A stretch of 61,546 bases of DNA, filler included, from Nemertoderma westbladi (GCA_032718475.1; 3 parts of 3 records of this genome joined end to end with filler, not necessarily neighbours in it), one strand, 5' to 3'; counted from the whole stretch's first letter, positions 1 to 11,823 are shown. Notes: generated by a model from the letters alone, not told the origin. Numbers and translations: made by a program.

Positions 1-170
1 CTTGCCTGTTTTTGCTAGTATATAAATATACCTTGCCTGTTTTGGCAAGTATGTAAATATGCCTTGCCTGTTTTGGCAAGTATATAAATACACCTTGCCT
101 GTTTTGGCAAGTATATAAATACACCTTGCCTGTTTTGGCAAGTATTTAAATATGTATTGTCTGTTCTGGT
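1..170. repeat. 31-bp minisatellite, about 5 copies, cut by the window start
   Basis: CTTGCCTGTTTTGGCAAGTATATAAATA.. recurs at 1, 32, 63 and 94 (period 31), with further decaying copies. Confidence 0.9.
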
Positions 171-529
171 AAGTATTTGAATTTGATAGAGTATATTATA
201 AATATGATGGAAACTTCCTGTAAGTTTCACGTGTAAGACAAATGTTGAATAAATTATAAAACAAAATATTATTTTATGGCTTTTTCCCTGGAGCAAAGAG
301 TAGTAACGCATGAGGAGTAAACGAACAAATGTAATATGTCCTCTACTTAAAGTAATTGAATTGCCGTACTACTGTAATGAGAATTTCAAAGATTTTTGAG
401 TCAAATTTTAATAATATCTCGAAACAGGAAATGTCTACAAAGTAGGCCTACATCCTAAATTTGCATAGAGGATAAAACAAGCAGGAAACGAGCTGTATCA
501 ACAAATCAGGGTGATAATATAACAAGTAT

Positions 530-750
530 TATCAAGTCAAGTCAAGTTTGTCAAGTCAAGTGATGTCAAGTCAGTATGCCAAGTCGTATGGCGCCAAGTC
601 AAACTACTATCAAGTCACGTGATGTCAATCAAGGCATTAATTATGAAGTGATGTCGAGTCCAATGATGTCAAGTCAAGTGTCATAAAACCAAGTGATATC
701 AAGTCAAATAATTTAAATTGTTAAAAAGTGTTGTAAAGTCAAGTGAAGTC
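530..750. repeat. Degenerate (CAAGT)n low-complexity tract
   Basis: Many GTCAA/CAAGT pentamers interleaved with GATGT. Confidence 0.7.
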
Positions 751-1179
751 ATATACCATCATGATAAATGACCATGATGTCTGTCACGGTTTTCTAATTA
801 TTGAAATGGCTTCCGTCAATTTGTTTCACCCACTGCATCGTACCCATCTTGTGAAATTCCACCATAAGAGGCAGGCAAAGAATCGCAAGTTTTCTTTGTT
901 TTAGCTTTTCCAAGGCTCGTCATTGTTAAAATTGATTTCTAATATTAAGGGGACCATTATCTGATATTCATGATTCTGTATATAAAACAAGATTTTTTCA
1001 CAATTTCTCAATTTTGACATTTTCCACTGTCAATTTTTTTATTTTTGTCCAAAAAGTTTGAGTCTACTCTATATATAGCATCTCTATATATATATATATA
1101 GCTGCAAACTCAAAATATTATAAGTAAAAAATGTCAAACTGAAAAATGTTGTGTTTGGTTTGATAATTCTGAAGGTATA

Positions 1180-1740
1180 CGGGTTTTCGATGTCGCTGAA
1201 CAGGATGACACTAGTTATAAATATTTCTGGTATGTGCATGTGCAAATCCCATTTTGGTGCCATTCAAGTGCCCCAAAACGAAAACTACAAGTAGCACAAA
1301 ATTATAAAGTGTTAAATTTTGACTTTGGTTATAAATATCCACAGTATACTGGTTTTCAAAGTCGCTGATTACTACGATATAACTCGTAAAAAATCATTCG
1401 TGTTAACGCAACTATCATTTTTGCTGCTTGTCCGGTGGGACGGATAAATACAAATGGCGTACAATTTCAAACGCCAAAAATCGAATTTAGTTCGATAATC
1501 CTATATTTTTGAGTGTCATATTCGTGGTCAGCGTCCCAGAAAACCCACAATGTCATAAAATCAGGTTGATTTGATAATCATTTTTGTATTATCCAATTAG
1601 TGCTACTTGTATTTTTCATGCCGCACATTGACACGTACATATCCATAAATTCCCTAATCAATAATGTACGATATATTTCAGTGTTATATTCGTGATCAGC
1701 ATCCCAAAAAACCTATATGGTCATAAAATCAATTTGATTT
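1180..1740. mobile_element. Relic of a foldback-type DNA element with mirror-arranged ~170-bp subunits
   Basis: GGTTTTC..GTCGCTGA motif forward at ~1181 and ~1351, and its reverse complement (TCAGC.TCCC..AAAACC) inside units starting at ~1512 and ~1680. Confidence 0.45.
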
Positions 1741-2730
1741 AATTAAGGATAAATAAATCTTGTTTGTAATGCAAAACATGATTCACAATCGAAATACGGC
1801 CATCGCACAGCACAATATATAATATGTATATGAGATCATCCTCTGTGTTCATCCGTGGGAGTTAGTGTGGAGTCCAGTCCCCCTTGCCTTGTACGTAAAT
1901 ACAAGAAAAGGAAGCAAGTGAAAGAGTACCCTTAATATTGCCTCCAGTAGTGTCTTCATATTCACAGATAAATTTACATTACCCCGAATTATTATGAACC
2001 CGAATTTGTGGGGCAAAGGGCCTTCCTATTTACATCACAAATCAATATCGCCGCAGGCTGGCTTCCCCATCCATTGCATTAGCTACACTACTGTCTGGCC
2101 AGCAGACATATATTCGCCTTCAAGCTCGATATATTGCCTTCTCTAACAATGGCATCGCCGTTCACTCCATGTAAATAATTAAATGTTCTAGAATATTTTA
2201 TAGACAGCACGAATTCGCTGCCTAACTGCAGAGGAGAAATGTTCCTACAACTGGTGTTATAAATTCCATGAGATAATTTTAATCAATATTGATGGTGTCA
2301 TTTGTTTGATGTTAGCACAACTATTACATGTTAGCAGAACTCTAGTCAATGATTTTTGAATGTTCAAGAAGAGGACGCTAAAGGGATACACGATTTTTTT
2401 CCCTCACATTTCAGGTATTGCAAAGTGGCACTTGTGCTAACATTACAAAGAGTACATGGGGACCCGATCAAAACGTCGGACACATGTCCCTGATCAAATG
2501 TCAGCTCAACTTGTTACCACTATTTTTTTGTCACCACAACTGCCATTTTTGATAGCCAAATGTTAGCACAACTGCCAGTTGGATATTCCTCTCTCTCTCT
2601 CTATAGCTCTATGCTCTATAGGGTCTAGCCAGGCACGGTGAGGTCATCTCTGCATTTCATTCTCCAATGTTGGTCTTATTGTGGGGCGAGTCAGAATTTC
2701 GAGCCATCAGCTAACTGTTATAATTATACT

Positions 2731-2956
2731 ATGAGCGTTTTAGGAAGGGGGAGTTGTGTCTGTCATCAGATGTGTGTGACGGAAGTCAATATCAGGTTAT
2801 ATAAGTAGCCATAGTATAATTATAATTGTTCATTGACTCGCATGAACTGTGTATGAGCGTTTTAGGAAGGGGGAGTTGTGTCTGTCATCAGATGTGTGTG
2901 ACGGAAGTCAATATCAGGTTATATAAGTAGCCATAGTATAATTATAATTGTTCATG
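2731..2956. repeat. Tandem duplication, period 122 bp
   Basis: ATGAGCGTTTTAGGAAGGGGGAG... at 2731 and 2853, about 100 bp identical. Confidence 0.9.
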
Positions 2957-3164
2957 AACTCGCAGCTTCTGCTACACGAAGGCCCCACTACTCGTGTTAA
3001 TTCTGTAGGAACAAGTCTAAATTCCTCACCGGCAGTTAATCAATAGAAAAAAAAAACTTCTCTGAATAGGTCTGTAGTTTGTAGTATGTTGATGAATTCT
3101 GCGACCTGAATCATAGTTAACGAGTTCGACAGAAAACTTTAGCATCCGCAATGAAGAAGAAAGA

Positions 3165-3564
3165 TCTGCCATTAACTAGTTGTCTAGGTAAAGTAAATCA
3201 GATCATTTTAAATCAACCCTTCTTGCTTGACTTTGAACAAAACGAATTATTGCTTTTCATCCCCCCTGGTTTGAACAGGCAGGGTATCCAGTAAGTCTCT
3301 GCCATTAACTAGTTGTCTAGGTACTGTAAATCAGATCATTTTAAATCAACCCTTCTTGCTTGACTTTGAACAAAACGAATTATTGCTTTTCATCCCCCCT
3401 GGTTTGAACAGGCAGGGTATCCAGTAAGTCTCTGCCATTAACTAGTTGTCTAGGTACTGTAAATCAGATCATTTTAAATCAACCCTTCTTGCTTGACTTT
3501 GAACAAAACGAATTATTGCTTTTCATCCCCCCTGGTTTGAACAGGCAGGGTATCCAGTAAGTCT
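3165..3564. repeat. Tandem repeat, 3 x 133 bp
   Basis: TCTGCCATTAACTAGTTGTCTAGG starts at 3165, 3298 and 3431; the units are almost identical. Confidence 0.95.
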
Positions 3565-4298
3565 TTATAACTTTGCTGAATTTAGGAATTAAGTTTTCTT
3601 ACAAAACAGTTTTCCATTATTATATAAATTTACTTGCCGAATAAAAAGTTAAAACCTTTCTAGTAGATATGAAAGACTGACTACGAGAAGATTCCACCCA
3701 TCAACGATAAGCACACGGTTGATGCTGACCAGAAGGTTTGCCCAACATGGGAGGGGGGGGGGGGGGGGGGGGGGGTTAAGTGATACAGGGTGTATGTGGA
3801 GATGAGCACCGAATGGAGACAAGTACGATATGAAAGTGAGAGCTCGTGAAATTTTGATTCACGTCGTTGCACGAAATGACGTCCCCACGACCTGTGCTGT
3901 TGGTCCGCAACCACTCGAAGGAAGTGTTTCGCTTGTATTATTTTGCTTTCAAGTAATGGGATATTATTTTTAATAACCATTTCCCTTCAACTACTTCAAC
4001 TTGGTACGTATGTAGTCCGGCAAAAGTTTAGAAAGAATCGGAAGCTTGGTAAAAAAACGAACGAATGTAACAAGTTTACATTGGATACGAGTATCCATCT
4101 GCCATAAAAAAGCAGTTACTCTCACAGTTTCGAGACTTTGAATAGTTATAAAGGTCATTAGTGTCTATGTAGGAATATTATTTCAAGACAAAACAGGACG
4201 AGCGCAACGAGGCTAATGTAGGATAAGTTAGGTCATACATGTAGGTCATATTGTAGGTCTAATGTAGGTCTAATGTAGGTCATACATAACTTAAATAG

Positions 4299-4942
4299 TG
4301 TAAACAGATTCAATTCCCTGCACTACCCAGCGGAAAATGGAGAAAGTGGCTTTTTACTAATTATAGTTGGCCAGGTGACATTAGTAATATAATGTCACCT
4401 AATAGCCAAAACAGGCAATACACATTGCCAGCCACAAGCAGAGATGAGAGGCCATAAACCATCTCAAGGGGACAAAGGGGCTAGCACATAGGGATAATGG
4501 TACCACCATATGAAGAGATTATAGGTTAGCCAATGATGGGTCAGAAAACCATCTATCTGATTATTACTTTAAAACTATTAAAACTATCTGATTATTGGCT
4601 AGGCCACCTAATAGTAGGAATATTCAATATGTGTTAGTAATATGTTACACTTATTACTTGTTATTCAGTTGGTCTGTGTAAAGTTGGGAAGCAAGACGGT
4701 TTTAACTGTTGTCCTCGTCTTTAATCGTGCTAATTATTATGTTCTGATTGTGCTATTATTATATTCTGACATTACGAACAACTGCCACTAAAACTCACTT
4801 GGCTATTATTCAACCGGCCTTCAGCCTTACAGACTCAGATATTGCTAAGCCTTTCAGCAGCCCACGGACGCAGCGACGCGTATAGCCCGAAAATGAACAC
4901 ATCCGGTCGGGATTCCCTCGCCAACTCAGGAATTCATCCACA
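4299..4942 (+). repeat. 5' LTR of BEL element A (644 bp, TGT...ACA)
   Basis: Starts TGTAAACAGATTCAATTCCCTGCACTACCC and ends TCCACA; homologous to the LTRs at 37388-38055, 44507-44929 and 53731-54341, which lie on the minus strand. Confidence 0.9.
4665..4698 (+). promoter_or_regulatory. Possible Inr (TCAGTT) + DPE (AGACG at +28) core promoter in LTR A
   Basis: TCAGTT at 4665-4670 and AGACG at 4694-4698; the Inr is kept in the solo LTR but the DPE is not. Confidence 0.3.
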
Positions 4943-4952
4943 GTTAAAACCG
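4943..4952 (+). promoter_or_regulatory. Non-tRNA primer-binding site of element A, complementary to LTR 4697-4706
   Basis: GTTAAAACCG directly follows the LTR end with no TGG; its reverse complement CGGTTTTAAC is at 4697-4706, and pairing extends to 13 bp (4940-4952 with 4697-4709). Confidence 0.7.
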
Positions 4953-5004
4953 CTTAGCGAAACTTCAAACTCAAAGAAACTGTGACGAAAACACGCCAAT
5001 GACA

Positions 5005-6980
5005 ATGAGCGAACAACAGCCCCAAGGTCCAGAGGGAAAAGGAAGACCACTGCACACCCCGAGCGATAGAGACCAAACGATTTGGGAGGCAGTGACGAGG
5101 CGGTACCGGCCCACCACACCAGATTCGCCGAGGAGAGAGGGTTTGGTGGTTGAAGAGGACAGCGGCCGAGTACGAGGGGAAGAGGGATACGAGTCGGCGC
5201 GAGATCAGAGTGACGAACAAAGTACCGGAGTCATATGGCCTACCAGTGGCCGAGGGCGGCGAGCGGCCCACTGGAATGGCAATGGTGGGGCTGACGGTAC
5301 GACCCTGGACGAGGAGAGAAGGTCAAGTTCAGGGGGAAGACATCGGGACGAGCGATCGCCTACGACGAGGGTACAATGCCATGAGGAAGCTAATAAAGGA
5401 TGCTAAGACCGGAGGAAAGGTAGACCAGCCCAAGTTGTACCGGAGACTCGGTGAGTGTAATAAACATTTCCACTACCTAGTCTGGTTTGTGCAGGGGGAA
5501 TTAGCAAGTGAGAGGGTGACGGGGGTCGTCTCAGAACTGTTCGAATTGTGCCGATCCGAGATAATACCACCTGGTATAGTATACGTAGGGCCTTATCTAG
5601 TGGATGCACGGGAATTAAGTTAGTGGGATGGGCGGATTCGCACGACGCTGAACCCGAGGTTAACCCTGAAGATTCGGTGTCGTCAGTTAGTAGAAATGCT
5701 AGCAAGCATGGCAAAATTAGTAGAACGAACAGGCGATGGGAGTCCGTCGCAACCGAAATGTCCGCTACATCCTCCGCGAAAGCAAGAAAGATGTTAGAGA
5801 TAGATCTGGCGTGTCAGATAGACATAGTTGCGTTGGACCAAAATGAGTTAGAGAGACAGTTGGATGATGGGACTGCATTGTTAGAAAGGAAAAGGGAGTT
5901 AGCGAGAGAATGTAAATAGAGGCCCGAGAAAGTGGCTAGAGAGTATAGAGAGAGGGCTGCGAGGGAAGCAAACGAGTATAGAGAAAGGGTTGAGAGGGAA
6001 GTGAGTGAGTTTAAAGAACGGGAGGTGAGAGAAGTGAACGAGCGTAAAGAGCGAGAAGCGAGAGAAACAGAGTTAGCCGACCAGAGTATTAGAGAGGACA
6101 GAGAGAGAGAAAGGGCCGGCAAAAGAATGCGGGTTAAAATGCATACCTGGTTGAGGGGGTTAATGCAGGATCAGGCGAAACAAAAGCACCGATTAGAACT
6201 GGCAAAACTGGGTTTATCAGCGAGTAACGCTGGTTCGATAAGTATTTATGAGGAACCAGGGGTCATGGAAAACTTTGTTAATACTCCACTTACAGGGACT
6301 GGACGGCAAACGATGGAGGAGAATAGAGGGTCAGCAAATATCTACGAGGCCGTACAACCGGGTAGGGGAAGAAGCATTCACACCGTAAATGGCCAAACGA
6401 GAGAATGTTGAACCCATTCGGAAGATGGAAGGAAAAGAGTAGGGTTCATCCGGGAGGTCGATACGAGATCTCATGAATGTAGATATAACGCCGGAAGTAA
6501 AGGATGTGAGGGGGTCGATAGGGATAAGCAAGGAAATGTTGCTACGGGCAACCAGAGGTGTTGAGATAGGATGGACAGTGAACCGTCGATAGTTGAAGTG
6601 GAGGGAGAGAACCGGTGGGGTTGCACTTCGGGAGATTACCATAGCCCCGAAGGAACACAGCCTGGCGATGTATATTACACACTGGGAGAGGGGTATAGAA
6701 TATACCGAGATGAAGTAGATGAGAGAAGAAGGGATTGAAGGACAACTTCCCGTTGGAATGTGACTGCTGATCAACGATATGGTGGTCGCGGGGAGGAGTT
6801 CTCGGAATATTCGAGAAGATTCAAACTTTGGTCTGGAGGACCACATTCAGACTGCAGGACATACTGTAGGTCTTACTGAACATACTATAGGCTATGCTGA
6901 GAGAGATAGTGTAGGTGATAGGGTAACGCGAATGCCAGGATTGGACCCAGAAGTCGCGGCTTACATACCGGTGAGTTTAT
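5005..6980 (+). pseudogene. gag N-terminal part of element A, frameshifted, with an E/R-rich coiled coil
   Basis: ORF pieces 4999-5406, 5150-5623, 5548-5919, 5932-6411 and 6779-; collinear homology with element B gag (EVNPEDSVSSVSRN, LEIDLACQ). Confidence 0.75.
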
Positions 6981-6982
6981 AT

Positions 6983-8076
6983 CATATCCACACCACTATG
7001 TCTAAATGGTGGATCATGATGTCTCACTCTAGTGGTTGACAATGGTGCCATTTCCTATATGGCCCTCTCCTTATTCATCCGCTGACATGTCTGGCACTGC
7101 CTCACTACTGCCTTTACCATCTTTCTAAGTTGAGTTACCTAGTACTTCCTCCTGATCTTGTTTAAGGTCGCATTAGTACCACCATGAATTATGGTCTTAT
7201 GGGCGTCCCATATAATCTGGTGAATTATTGGTAACTTGTTAGGAATTATTACTGGTTTCGGTGGAACCAAGGCATTGGTGTTATTGGCCACTCTGGAATT
7301 CATTACCAGGATTGCATCCTCATCCAGTTGCGGCGACAGTGTGTGGATCCTGCTGTCTTGTCGAAGACGTTGTTGGTTCTTAATATGTTTAGTATTGTCT
7401 CCGAATGCCTTACCTTGCTCGTATCATATTACGACTTTGGCAGCTCCTTCAAGATCAATGGTAGGTTTGGATTTCCCAACATACCAGCTCTCCCAAGGAA
7501 TTCTCTGTAAGCTCTCAGATATGCCACTAGCTTCTTAGTCTTATACCAGCTAGAGGTGTAACTGCGTAACCTATCCTTTGGATTATCGTTTGATTCTATC
7601 GTCTTAGATTGTGATGGCGTTTCCTTAATCTCCCTCACTAACTGGCTGAATATCTCTTCTCCCTCCGATTCGTTTCCCTCATCCTCCACTATTACTTCCT
7701 CTCCCTTTGGATCTACCTTCCTCATTGGTGGCCACTTCGACCTATCGTTGAGGAAGTGTGGACCATGCTGCCACAACACTTGCTTTCCCGAGAAAGCATG
7801 ATGTTGTATGCCTCTCGATAGCAAGTCCGCCGGATTGTCGTCAGTCGGGCAGCAGTCCGTCATCGCTCTTATCTCATCCAGTCAATTCATCATGAATATG
7901 GGATAGCGCATCTTCTCATTATGCAGCCATCCTAATACCACCATGGAATCCATCCAATAGTGTGTTTCCACTATACTTGGTATCGAATCCACCAAATATG
8001 CTGTCGCTCTCGCTCCCAACCTCGCAACTGTTAAAGTTCAAGTTTCTATACTGATGCTGAATTTGGTGGTGTCGAC
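6983..8076 (-). repeat. Inverted copy of element A pol segment 19020-20117 (end of RNase H to start of integrase)
   Basis: The reverse complement matches 19020-20117 almost base for base; ORF 7429-7863(-) is nearly the same as 19270-19581(+). Confidence 0.92.
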
Positions 8077-8320
8077 TACAAACTATCTTCGGCGACGACA
8101 GGGAGTGAGACCCAGTGGCTATCTTAGCGCCATTTGGATGGACGCTCAGTGGCCCAATAAAGACGAAGATCCCATTTAGTGTATCCGAATCCTCAGTGTG
8201 CATGTTCACTGGGATGATGAGAAGTGTGGAAGATGAAGGAGCAGAAGAACAGCTGAAGAGGCTGCTATGGCAGGATTTTGAGGATTAAATGAGGTTGGAG
8301 TAGGAACCTCAGTGGAGGAT
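8073..8320 (+). pseudogene. Element A pol: protease-RT linker piece
   Basis: RLQTIFGDDRE*DPVAILAPFGWTLSGP matches element B RLQTIFGEDRERDPMAILTPFGWTLTGP. Confidence 0.8.
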
Positions 8321-11045
8321 ATATATATAATTTATTGACGACTTGGATTATATAAACAGTATCAATAATTAAATACTCATCACAAAATAAACCGAGGTTG
8401 TCCATATTTAAGCAATTAGAAAATAATCACGAAATCACAAAATATTCTAGAACTTATAAATACGGTAGACACATAGAAGGAAGGGCTTTTAATACGTTAC
8501 ATAAATGATACAATTATTCTAGATCAACAAAGGCTGACGGAACGACTTATAAGAGGATAACTTTAATACCTTTAATACGGAACTAAAAACTATTCACCAT
8601 GACGTTGTAATACTTTTTACTAAGAAAAACGGTAAATTCATAAAGGGAAACGTTTAGCAACCAAAAACACAACAATATAAGGTATAGATATAATTATTTA
8701 TGTGCACAGATAAAAAATTGAATATTCTACTTGACATAGAGATTCTGAAATGTAGTACCAGTTAATTGGCCAAATAAAACAGGAAATACGAACCGATACC
8801 AAAGATCTGGGTGGGCTTAATTATTTTCTTCCGCCAACAGTAGGATCAAGTGGACAGCCTCCATTACCTTGGCTTCATCCTTGTTGTTCATGAAATAGGA
8901 AATTGAACACCATGATAGGTTGGGATCTCGTGGGATACGACTACAAGTGGTTATCAGATGAGCTTCATCTTGTATCGACCCACAAAGGCAGATACGGCGA
9001 TCAGGTGGGATCTTTTTCCAGCGACCTAATTCAACGGCTAGGCGGGTAGAGCCGAGCCTTAAGCGGGTCCAAGCGATGCGATCAGGTTCGTTAAACGTTT
9101 TGCGGGAAATGTAACAAATGTGAGGTGATAAATTGGGGTTATATAACTGGTATAATTTTTTCTTTGTTGAGTCGACCTCGGCGCGAACATTTAATTTTAG
9201 TTTTTCCATGGCATCCATCACGAAGTCTTTCTTTGAAGAAAGAATATATTCAATCTGGCGCGCCATAGGCGTTCGATGCAACATACATTGGTCTAGTACC
9301 ATCATCAGAGGTTTGTGAATCTCTTCATGTTCGATCATGTTACACAAAAAGTCGTATTGCTGTTTCAATATAAGTGGTTTAGGCTTGGGAACATTGGATT
9401 CAATATGGAGAATTAGTCTACACACATTGGGGCGTACGCCCATTATTAAGCATAGCATTTCCGTATACTGTTTGGATAATGGGGCTAAGTCGCCAGTTAT
9501 CCACGTCTCGCAACCATATAGAATGGCGGATGAAGCAGCCGCGCGAAATACCTGCAGCTTTAACCACAATGGGATGTAGTAATTCTTGGCTATGAAAGCA
9601 CGGAACTTTGAAACTTGTTTCAGCTTTTCTTCGGCGTGTAACACGATGGCGGTTTTCGAACCACCGGTTTGAGTGATAGGTGAGCCTAAATACAAATAGG
9701 AGTCTGTATTCTTTATAGCAACTGTATCGCAACTATAGGACGGGACTGTTAAAACCAACTCTGTTTTATTGTTTGCTTCCGATGCAGGACCAACTACGAT
9801 AAATTTTGTCTTTTTGGTGTTTAATATCATACCGTACTCGCCGCAATATTCTAGAACCTTTTCCATCTTGGCTAGACATAAAGAACGGGAAGAAGCGAGA
9901 ACAACAAAATCATCCATAAGGAGGAGAATATGTAGCCAATTTAAGAAACTATCGGGGGTGAAACATCGTAGAGCGGATGAAAGCGGGTTTAGAAACATAG
10001 TAAATAGGTATCCACTGCTGGGACCTCCTTGGAGAACCCCCACGCAGGAATTTATTTTAGATTTTCCTAGGATACTGACCGTTTTAGAGTACATTAACTG
10101 GAGCATGATCAGCATTCTTGAGCTGCATCCCATCGATTTGAGTAGTTCAAACAACTTTCCACGAGGGACTTTATCGTAGGCTGTTCGGAAATCTATGAAT
10201 ACAATGTATAGCTGATGCTTTTTGGACTCTGCAAAATCAATGAGGAGGCGAAGAGTAAGGATTTGTTCTAAACAACCACGGCCTTTAACGGCTCCCGCTT
10301 GCTCGCAGCTTGGAAGTCTCCACGAAATTAGGCGGTGAAAAAAAATAGTGTCCAGTATTTTGTAAATGGTATTTAACACGCTAATTCCTTGGTAGTTTGA
10401 GTATTGTGACTTAACGCCACGTTTGAAGACAGTGATTAATCTAGTGAAACCCCACAGCACAGGGTATGTACCGGTCAGGAATACTAGATTCAACAGAGAG
10501 AGCAGCTGCAATATCCAGGTGAATGGCAAAAGTTTAAAGAAACCCGGTGAGATACCATCGGGGCCAGGAGCTTTCCCAGGTTTAATGTCGTTAATTAATT
10601 TTAATTTAATAATTAGTTTAATAATCATTCCGATGTTTAAATCGTCAACATTAACTAACGATTTATTTAGGATGGCATGAAACTTTGTAGTATCAACGCA
10701 TGAGGTATCGAAATATAGTTTCTTAGCACATATAGGTTTACATGGATTTTACAATAGGTGACAGTAAGAGCCCAAAAGGTCAGCTCGTTCAAGAAGACAG
10801 GCAGACGAGATGAAACAAAATTTAGTAATATACAGGCTAAACTCTACCCTGGCGTGGTTTGATGGCCAATCGAAGTCCAACAGAGTGTTGAAATCCGTGA
10901 ATCCGGATATCAGGTCTCCAGAGCAAAGTACACGGTCCAATTCAGAGATATATCCAGACCTGCGTTTAAATGTTAGATTTCCACTGAAATACGACCCATT
11001 CAATGTCTCGAGGTAGCTCAAATTAACTAAGCAGGCGCAAGAGAG
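8319..11045 (-). mobile_element. 5'-truncated RTEX-like non-LTR retrotransposon inserted in element A pol
   Basis: APE C-terminal remnant (ISELDRVL..PSNHARV, 10749-11048), RT ORF, AT-rich 3' UTR, AATAAA and (TA)n tail at 8319-8336. Confidence 0.8.
8817..10628 (-). CDS. Reverse transcriptase with C-terminal Cys/His finger (truncated LINE ORF2)
   Basis: KAPGPDG, YQGISV, EQAGAVKGRG, FIDFRTAYDKV, GVLQGGPSS, LMDD, YLYLGS, RICLCGSIQDEAHLITTC. Confidence 0.88.
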   Translation of the reverse strand: MIIKLIIKLKLINDIKPGKAPGPDGISPGFFKLLPFTWILQLLSLLNLVFLTGTYPVLWGFTRLITVFKRGVKSQYSNYQGISVLNTIYKILDTIFFHRLISWRLPSCEQAGAVKGRGCLEQILTLRLLIDFAESKKHQLYIVFIDFRTAYDKVPRGKLFELLKSMGCSSRMLIMLQLMYSKTVSILGKSKINSCVGVLQGGPSSGYLFTMFLNPLSSALRCFTPDSFLNWLHILLLMDDFVVLASSRSLCLAKMEKVLEYCGEYGMILNTKKTKFIVVGPASEANNKTELVLTVPSYSCDTVAIKNTDSYLYLGSPITQTGGSKTAIVLHAEEKLKQVSKFRAFIAKNYYIPLWLKLQVFRAAASSAILYGCETWITGDLAPLSKQYTEMLCLIMGVRPNVCRLILHIESNVPKPKPLILKQQYDFLCNMIEHEEIHKPLMMVLDQCMLHRTPMARQIEYILSSKKDFVMDAMEKLKLNVRAEVDSTKKKLYQLYNPNLSPHICYISRKTFNEPDRIAWTRLRLGSTRLAVELGRWKKIPPDRRICLCGSIQDEAHLITTCSRIPRDPNLSWCSISYFMNNKDEAKVMEAVHLILLLAEENN

Positions 11046-11823
11046 CATCAGGAGGTCGATGAAGAGTGAGGGGTGCGGTACTCCATAGGCATGGTGTGGA
11101 AGGAACCAAAGTTGCCCCTGCCAAACAACAGGAGGATGGTCGAGACAAGACTTCAGAAACTAAAGCAAACGCTTAAATGGAGTCCGGAGAAAAATGACTA
11201 TATACATAAAACAATAAAGAAGTATGTAGATCAGGGGTGGGCCGTGGAACTACCAGTGGACGAACCGGACACCTACAGAACTTATTATCAACCACTTCAT
11301 GTGGCCCTAGATCCCAAGAATTGTAAGCTAGGATGGTGGTTAATGCTTCTGCCAAGACCAACGGGAAGTGTCTCAACGATTACCGGTTAGAAGGCCCCAA
11401 TATCTACAACTCGGGGATTTAGGTTCTGTTAAGATTCAGGAGAGGGAAACATGCCTTCACATGCGACTTAAAAGGGATGTTTAACCAAGTTCATGTGACA
11501 GAGGATGATAGCGATAGTCAATGCTTCCTATGGTACGATGGTGATGACAAACCGTCAACCATACCAATTTACAAGATGGTGGTGCAGAACATGGGGGCCA
11601 AGTCATCTCCATTCACCACAACCACGACGGTGAGAGAGACGGTTAAGGATAAAGAGGCAGAGTATGGTAAGTAAGCGATCGATATGATTCGACACTGATT
11701 CTACGTGGATGATGGGATGGGTTCAGGGAACTTTGTTAAGTAGATCGTCGAGATGGGCCGCGAAGTTTGTGACATCCTGAATAAATCCGGATTCAACTTG
11801 ACAAAGTTCCAGTCGAACTCTAA
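11041..11823 (+). pseudogene. Element A reverse transcriptase, disrupted
   Basis: LPNNRRMVETRL, YYQPLH, DLKGMFNQV, MGAKSSPF, FYVDDG and SGFNLTKFQSNS, the Pao-type RT motif series. Confidence 0.88.

Noticed and set aside
3750-3776. Poly-G/poly-C tracts here and at many other sites as specific G-quadruplex regulators
   Set aside because: They are scattered everywhere, including inside dead elements, so they look like a genome-wide homopolymer tendency.
8300-11060. TSD for the RTEX-like insertion
   Set aside because: Only a GGAGG match on both sides, which is not convincing; a few target bases appear to be lost.
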